Origin: a virus
DNA length: 64,000 nt
Reading direction: 5' to 3' (one strand)
Virus record (IMG/VR): IMGVR_UViG_3300030118_001869
Location: 1-64,000 of that record
Shown: piece by piece, positions 58,853 through 64,000 of the stretch
How the letters are laid out: the number at the start of each line of letters is the position of its first letter
Position numbering within the stretch: position 1 is the first letter of the stretch
Position numbers and translations under genes: made by a program
Notes under the pieces: generated by a model
Database searches by the model: none
Told to the model about the DNA's origin: nothing
Seen by the model: the letters and a program-made list of their open reading frames with translations, nothing else

Positions 58853-59011
58853 ATCTTCTTTATCATAGCTCATCACTGATGGTAAACCAGAGTAATGGCA
58901 TATATCAGGATATTTCTCTTCTTCCTTCTGCTCTTTACGTATATCCCATACTAAACAACATGCATAAGTTATAAATATAAATGCCCCTATAATAAACATT
59001 ATAACATTCAC
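58835..59011 (-). CDS. Small membrane-anchored protein (54-58 aa, not in the ORF track)
   Basis: GTG overlapping the upstream TGA (alternative ATG at 58999): MFIIGAFIFITYACCLVWDIRKEQKEEEKYPDICHYSGLPSVMSYDKEDKKRAG. Confidence 0.5.
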   Translation of the reverse strand: MNVIMFIIGAFIFITYACCLVWDIRKEQKEEEKYPDICHYSGLPSVMSYDKEDKKRAG

Positions 59012-59364
59012 AACAAATATGCAGCTTCAGTTCCAGCATCTCCCGGCTGGATTTTATAATCTTTAGCTTTCTTTGTTATCTTTCTCTCAGCCTCTATTTC
59101 TTTTTGTAAGTTAGCTAAAGCTCTCCAGGCAACCTTGGCAGAGTGACGTTGTCCATCATCATCCAATTTACCTGCATCTATAAGGTGGCGAGCTAGTGCA
59201 TCAAGTTCATCTGTGCTCTTTGCTCTATCCCAATGCAAAGGTTTATCTGGATGGTGCTGTTGATTTCCAGCTAAGGAAACTTTAGCAACCTCCATTATTG
59301 CATCAGGAAAATACTTTAACACTCCTGTGTATACAGGGCGTTCCTTTCTTTGTTTTGCATCCAT
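59008..59364 (-). CDS. dATP/dGTP diphosphohydrolase N-terminal-like (DUF5664-type) protein
   Basis: Likely start MDAKQRKERP; YFPDAIMEVAKVS..GN..H...HW.......DALARHL......D.DG..H.A..AWRALA. Confidence 0.7.
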   Translation of the reverse strand: MDAKQRKERPVYTGVLKYFPDAIMEVAKVSLAGNQQHHPDKPLHWDRAKSTDELDALARHLIDAGKLDDDGQRHSAKVAWRALANLQKEIEAERKITKKAKDYKIQPGDAGTEAAYLL

Positions 59365-59365
59365 A

Positions 59366-59596
59366 TTATTCCCATAAACTATCATGTGCAAGACTTCTAT
59401 GATACTCCCATCTTTTGCGGGCGTCCATAATAGAGTCTTGTTTCTTATATATAATGGTATCATTATTATCTATATACCAATCTAACACCTCTGGATCTTT
59501 ATCCGGGTTATATACATTTTGCTTACATCCTAAGAAGTGAAACAAAACCAACATATATAACAATGTCAATAGTATAAAATAAAGTCTTTCTTTCAT
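59366..59596 (-). CDS. Small putative lipoprotein
   Basis: Hydrophobic N-terminus ending in FLGC (lipobox-like). Confidence 0.5.
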   Translation of the reverse strand: MKERLYFILLTLLYMLVLFHFLGCKQNVYNPDKDPEVLDWYIDNNDTIIYKKQDSIMDARKRWEYHRSLAHDSLWE

Positions 59597-59761
59597 AAAT
59601 CATATTTTAAGAGTAAGATGGGCTGCTGGCTTAATTTAATCAATTATGTTCCAGTTGGTTGCAGCCCATTCAAACTCAAGTTTAATCATGCCATGAGTCA
59701 GAGAAAACTATATACCTTAACAATACATATATTAATAAGATACTAAAAGCAAACTTCCAGA

Positions 59762-60661
59762 TCACCTTACTAAGTTCTCTACTCTGTTTTGGACAATGTC
59801 TACATCTACTGTATTAGGTACTTCTAACCAATCAGTATCATCTATCTTTGTTTCTGATACCTTAGTGTTAGGGTCATACATAGTAGTAACAACAGTTTTT
59901 GTCTCACTATTAATATTAGTACCATTTAGTTGTGCAGTAATGTAATCATGAAACTTCTGCATGTCTCTCAACCATGTACGTGGATGAGATTTTTTAAGTG
60001 CATGTGTTACATGATTATAAAATGACCAAGCCTTATCACTGCTACAATTGTAGTTATATGATGGCTTATTCATTTCTGCTTTGACAATACTCATTTGTGT
60101 ATTATCTAGGATATCAAGATCACAATATAACATTCCAAGCATCTTAGCTTGCTCTTCTTTTGTAAGATTTGTATTTCTTAAGAAGTCTCTGTCATCAATA
60201 ATCTTTCTAAATGTTAGCTCAGCTCTTTTTATTTGACTTGATATCTGCGCTGAGATATCTGCATCAGCTGAACCAGTGTGCTTACGTGCAAAGTTCATAA
60301 GATCTCCACTACATGTACCATTGTAGCATACCATAACGTATCCTCCAATAGAACATTGAAATCTAGTGGACTTATCATATGAGTTTGTCCAGGCAAACAT
60401 CATTCCAAGTTCAGTCTCTGTGCTGACCTTTTCATCTGTAGTTGTAAGTGGACTAATATGATATATCCCCTGTGCTACATTGGCATTCATATTAGCTCTA
60501 TACATCTCTTTTGTTACACTAAATCCGCTATCATTTAGCATCTTTAATGTTGTGTCTATTACCCTAGCATGGGGTATGACTGTATAGCTTTTACCATGTG
60601 TTGGTAAAGGTTGCGACTCAAGATATGTTCTTGTAGTCTCTGTTGGTTTTGTGTATCCCAT
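59762..60661 (-). CDS. DUF932-like protein
   Basis: Y.VIPH..VID...; NSYDKS..F....G..V.VC.NG....RKHTG; C-terminal WSFYNHVTHALK. Confidence 0.7.
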   Translation of the reverse strand: MGYTKPTETTRTYLESQPLPTHGKSYTVIPHARVIDTTLKMLNDSGFSVTKEMYRANMNANVAQGIYHISPLTTTDEKVSTETELGMMFAWTNSYDKSTRFQCSIGGYVMVCYNGTCSGDLMNFARKHTGSADADISAQISSQIKRAELTFRKIIDDRDFLRNTNLTKEEQAKMLGMLYCDLDILDNTQMSIVKAEMNKPSYNYNCSSDKAWSFYNHVTHALKKSHPRTWLRDMQKFHDYITAQLNGTNINSETKTVVTTMYDPNTKVSETKIDDTDWLEVPNTVDVDIVQNRVENLVR

Positions 60662-60696
60662 AATATATAAACTTTAAAAGTGTAAATATAAGTAAA

Positions 60697-60897
60697 TCAT
60701 TTTGATATAGCAAGTTTTTCTTCCTCAATCCACTTGATAAATCCGTCTTCTTCTGCTATTTTCTTAGCATGTTTTTCTGACAGAGCCCAAACACCCATCC
60801 ATTTTTTGTGAACATCAGGGTTTGGTGCACTCCACATTTTTTCATGTGGAATGTACCATACATTGAAGAACTTTTGCCCTTTAAATTTATTTTTCAT
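60697..60897 (-). CDS. Hypothetical protein (66 aa)
   Basis: Tightly packed directly downstream of the polymerase gene. Confidence 0.55.
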   Translation of the reverse strand: MKNKFKGQKFFNVWYIPHEKMWSAPNPDVHKKWMGVWALSEKHAKKIAEEDGFIKWIEEEKLAISK

Positions 60898-60899
60898 AA

Positions 60900-62891
60900 T
60901 TAAAATAATTCTAGTTGACTTGTAGAAACTTTAAGTATATTATTTATCTCTTGTTCTATTGCAGATATATAATATGCCTTATCAATATTATATGCTTCCC
61001 ATTGTGGTTCTACTTTCATTTTATTGAATATAGTTTGTAACCACTTACCAGATTCTAATTGTATCTCTCTATGATCATTCTTATTGACTTTAATAATCTT
61101 GACACCAGTTTTGGAAATATAATATCTATTAATCTTTTGTAACTTATTCTCAATAAACTCTCCTCCATCAATAGTTCTAGAAACTTGTTGCCAATCACCT
61201 TTAGACTTACCACCTATGCAGTAATCTAAAATGTTTTTGTTTTGTTCTAAATAATCTTGAGGAAGCATATCATGAATAAAATAATAAAAGATAGCTTTTG
61301 GTATAATAAGTTTAGATTTGTTCTTATGTAACATTAAGTTATGGAAGTCAAACCTACCCTTGAGCTTTGTTGGAGCACAATAGAACTTATCTTTATCTAC
61401 TTTGTATAGATAATGAGGATTCTTTTGCTTCAACGTTCTGAACTCTTCTATTGATACTTGTCTAAATTTGTTTAACCCTATGTAATTATTTACATCACCA
61501 AGTATTAACTTCTGATATTCATCATGCTCAAGTTGTAGATTTGTTATATCTTCCCATTCCTTACATACCTCTAGATACTTATCTTTCTGATCCCTAGGTA
61601 TTCTAATCTCTATACCATCTGTATTCTGTAGTAATGATACTGAACCAGGTATAGCTTCCATAATCATTTCATACAGCATCATCAACGTTAGTTGACCGTT
61701 TACTGTAATCTTCATACAGAGCTCTGGATCATAGAAGAAACTATTCACATCATTACTCAAGCCAAATGTTGAGTTTAATATAATCTTATAAACATAGTTC
61801 ATAGGATTACTTTTAGGTATCTTCTTTCTTTCTTTGAAGAACCATTCATACTGATCACAAAACATATCCGCAGGGAAATGTCCTGGTGACCATCTGTTCT
61901 TGATAACAAGATTTGGATAGAATGAAGTAACATCTGAAGACATTATAATATTATCTTCATCTGATTCATAAACTCCAGGTTGACGTGCACCATGTGCACC
62001 ACCTAAACCAAAGTGTGTAGTTACACCTTTATAACTAACATTGTATTTAAATCCACGTCTTGAGTTAGATGGATCTAGCTCAACATGCTTAAATCTATCT
62101 AATAATACATTAAACTCTGGAGACTTAAAATTTATATAAGGCAGTATTATATCTTTGAACTTTATAGTTTCTCTATAAGTTCTCATTCTTTTTAATTCTG
62201 CCTTTGGTATATTTAAAAGGTTAGATAAGTAATAACCAAATAGTTCTTTACTTATCCTTGGTTCAGATGCACTAAACAAGTTGATACCATACTCCTTAGT
62301 CAATGCTTTACGTAAACTAACTAAAGACTTTGACCTATTAAATATTTCTTTTGTTGATTCAACATCATTAATACAATATTCAATTACAGTATCTATTTGT
62401 TCTTGTGTCTCAATTCTTGTCTCATGAGACAATGGCATGTCTAATATATTTTGCCAATCCATACTGTACTGAATCCACTTCAAGCTTGAACGCTTTGCTG
62501 GATTATCCCAGTGATGCATTTTAAATATATCTATCTGCCCAATAACCATCTTCCAAAGAGGATACTCTGAAAACTTTTTATTGTTTGCATCTGATATTGT
62601 CTTTTGTGCATACCTATAAATAGCCCTGGCTACCTCATCAGCTGTTCCTTCAGTCCAGTCCTGATAGTTATCTATAATATAATGAGTGACTTGTGCATCA
62701 AAGGCTAAGCCGTTGAATGATATGTGCCACTCTCTGTTATTTACATTTTGTTTTAGGAACTCTATGAATTTATCTCTGTCATCTCTAAGCTCATGTATTA
62801 CAAATACTTTCTGCTCTTCTCCTTTGTAGTGTTTGAATACTGCCACAAAGCAATTAGACAAAGTCTCATAGTCCATTATCCAATGAGTCAT
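60900..62891 (-). CDS. polB: Family B DNA polymerase (crAss-type) with 3'-5' exonuclease
   Basis: Exo motifs DYET, FNGLAFD, YCINDV; polymerase motifs SDVTSFYPN, KIILNSTFG, NTDGI. Confidence 0.92.
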   Translation of the reverse strand: MTHWIMDYETLSNCFVAVFKHYKGEEQKVFVIHELRDDRDKFIEFLKQNVNNREWHISFNGLAFDAQVTHYIIDNYQDWTEGTADEVARAIYRYAQKTISDANNKKFSEYPLWKMVIGQIDIFKMHHWDNPAKRSSLKWIQYSMDWQNILDMPLSHETRIETQEQIDTVIEYCINDVESTKEIFNRSKSLVSLRKALTKEYGINLFSASEPRISKELFGYYLSNLLNIPKAELKRMRTYRETIKFKDIILPYINFKSPEFNVLLDRFKHVELDPSNSRRGFKYNVSYKGVTTHFGLGGAHGARQPGVYESDEDNIIMSSDVTSFYPNLVIKNRWSPGHFPADMFCDQYEWFFKERKKIPKSNPMNYVYKIILNSTFGLSNDVNSFFYDPELCMKITVNGQLTLMMLYEMIMEAIPGSVSLLQNTDGIEIRIPRDQKDKYLEVCKEWEDITNLQLEHDEYQKLILGDVNNYIGLNKFRQVSIEEFRTLKQKNPHYLYKVDKDKFYCAPTKLKGRFDFHNLMLHKNKSKLIIPKAIFYYFIHDMLPQDYLEQNKNILDYCIGGKSKGDWQQVSRTIDGGEFIENKLQKINRYYISKTGVKIIKVNKNDHREIQLESGKWLQTIFNKMKVEPQWEAYNIDKAYYISAIEQEINNILKVSTSQLELF

Positions 62892-62910
62892 ATGCTAAAT
62901 ATTATTAGTT

Positions 62911-62936
62911 AAAAAAAGGGCCACAATGTAGCCCTT
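62911..62936 (-). terminator. Intrinsic terminator-like hairpin just upstream of the DNA polymerase gene
   Basis: The - strand reads AAGGGCTAC-ATT-GTGGCCCTT-TTTTT: a 9-bp stem with one G.U pair, then a U-tract. Confidence 0.65.
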
Positions 62937-62965
62937 CATTTAAAATCAAAAAAACAAAAACAAAA

Positions 62966-63379
62966 TTACAGTTCTGTGATGATCTTAGATACTTTAGTAT
63001 CTTTGATTTCTACATCCGTGAACTGTTTATAATCAAACGTATCTGCATTAATTGCAAATATGTTTATGAAATTATCTATATCATTTTTCTCAGCAATATA
63101 GTATTCTGAATAAGTTTGTTGACTTACTCTTTGTTCTTTTACAGTTTTACCGGTTGTCTTATTAGGAACCTTAAGCCTCATTGGTTGACCTTCATCATTT
63201 AATCTTGGTACCATATGAAATGATTGTTTACTATTCACTCCAATACATGCTAAGATACCTGATGATGGATCAAACATGGCTTCAATATACGGAGCATCTT
63301 TGCTCACAGGAATTAAATTAAAACTCTTAGCTCCTCTAAAAGAAGAGTTAACAAGCATCATGTTTTTACCTATACTCAT
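62966..63379 (-). CDS. Hypothetical protein (137 aa), replication module
   Basis: Full-length ORF co-oriented with polB. No family recognised. Confidence 0.7.
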   Translation of the reverse strand: MSIGKNMMLVNSSFRGAKSFNLIPVSKDAPYIEAMFDPSSGILACIGVNSKQSFHMVPRLNDEGQPMRLKVPNKTTGKTVKEQRVSQQTYSEYYIAEKNDIDNFINIFAINADTFDYKQFTDVEIKDTKVSKIITEL

Positions 63380-63966
63380 ATTTGATTTTTATCCAAAGAT
63401 AATGAATTTTTGAAATTATGCAAATCTATTTTCATAGGATATGAATAAAATAATGTTTCTTTTATCTCATCAGGCGGACTACAAACTTCATATACATCCT
63501 GTATAAGTTCAAGATCAACATCAAAGTAATTTGCATACAATTTATGTATCTCTTCTTCTGGTGTAAGAAAAGACTTCACATATGATGATATCCTACCTTG
63601 TCCTCCAAAGAACTCCAAGATAGCTATCTTACTGTTTATGCTAAATGCAGAATATCTTCCCTCAATAAATTTATCATAGTCATGCCTATAATCTTTCATG
63701 TCAAAGATTATAAGTTGTTCATCACCTAGATCATAGTGTTCCATTTGATTTTGTAATAACGGTAAATGGTCTAGCTGAAACTTAATAAATGCCTCATTAC
63801 ACTTAGTTTTGTATACACAAATAAATTTATAATCAAGATGGTCATAGATTTCATCCCAAAAACAATAAGTTTCTGATGGGACAAAGTCTATTCCCTTCTT
63901 TAATCTTAGTAAAGGATATAAAAATACTTTACTTTTTTGAAAATATTCTGTATATACACCTCTCAT
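63376..63966 (-). CDS. Hypothetical protein (196 aa), replication module
   Basis: ATGA overlap with the downstream gene. No family recognised. Confidence 0.7.
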   Translation of the reverse strand: MRGVYTEYFQKSKVFLYPLLRLKKGIDFVPSETYCFWDEIYDHLDYKFICVYKTKCNEAFIKFQLDHLPLLQNQMEHYDLGDEQLIIFDMKDYRHDYDKFIEGRYSAFSINSKIAILEFFGGQGRISSYVKSFLTPEEEIHKLYANYFDVDLELIQDVYEVCSPPDEIKETLFYSYPMKIDLHNFKNSLSLDKNQI

Positions 63967-64000
63967 ACTTATAAATTAACCCTTCTTACTAAGAATTCAT

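Noticed and set aside
59365-59463. N-terminal extension of ORF 59008..59463 as given in the track
   Set aside because: It overlaps the upstream lipoprotein gene. The ATG at 59364 directly follows that gene's stop and begins the recognisable domain.
48909-62891. Introns or inteins in nrdA, nrdB or polB
   Set aside because: All three are contiguous, compact and have catalytic motifs at normal spacing. No homing endonuclease ORF was seen.
1-64000. Stop-codon reassignment (TAG or TGA), known in some crAss-like phages
   Set aside because: Genes up to 12.8 kb are uninterrupted in the standard code and coding density is near complete. TAG and TGA appear to be used as real stops (e.g. 52193, 59008).
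1-64000. CRISPR array, DGR (reverse transcriptase with TR/VR), invertible fibre cassette, tRNA genes
   Set aside because: I saw no regularly spaced repeats, RT or recombinase motifs, long near-identical repeat pairs or cloverleaf. Intergenic gaps are mostly too short. This was by eye only; tRNAscan and repeat finders were not run.

Overview
This is an AT-rich 64 kb segment of a crAss-like (Crassvirales-type) podophage, most likely infecting marine or aquatic Flavobacteriia (Bacteroidota). It reads cleanly in the standard genetic code. The + strand block (1-46.2 kb) carries tail fibres, Cys-rich FN3/vWA appendage proteins, a metallophosphoesterase, an IHF-like protein, two tail ring proteins, a 2039-aa muzzle/tail-stabilisation protein with an inserted vWA domain, four internal cargo proteins, a 4283-aa virion RNA polymerase (DFDID motif plus HExxH zincin) and a 1896-aa cargo protein with a PD-(D/E)XK nuclease domain. 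A - strand block (46.3-51.8 kb) holds a four-gene cell-envelope operon (outer-membrane beta-barrel, TM coiled-coil protein, secreted CxxC-less thioredoxin fold, surface lipoprotein) and a class Id-type ribonucleotide reductase. A second + block (51.9-58.7 kb) has many tiny Lys/Arg-rich proteins, a holin and three fibre proteins sharing an N-terminal module. The final - block (58.8-64 kb) is replication-related (dATP/dGTP diphosphohydrolase-like, DUF932-like, family B DNA polymerase). The strongest leads for new biology are (1) the phage-encoded envelope operon, which sits behind the same TTTGTATATTATA motif as the structural genes, and (2) a recurring K-[AG]-[QSE]-x-G(G) peptide motif that separates modules in the cargo proteins. 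All calls come from motif recognition by eye; no database searches were run.
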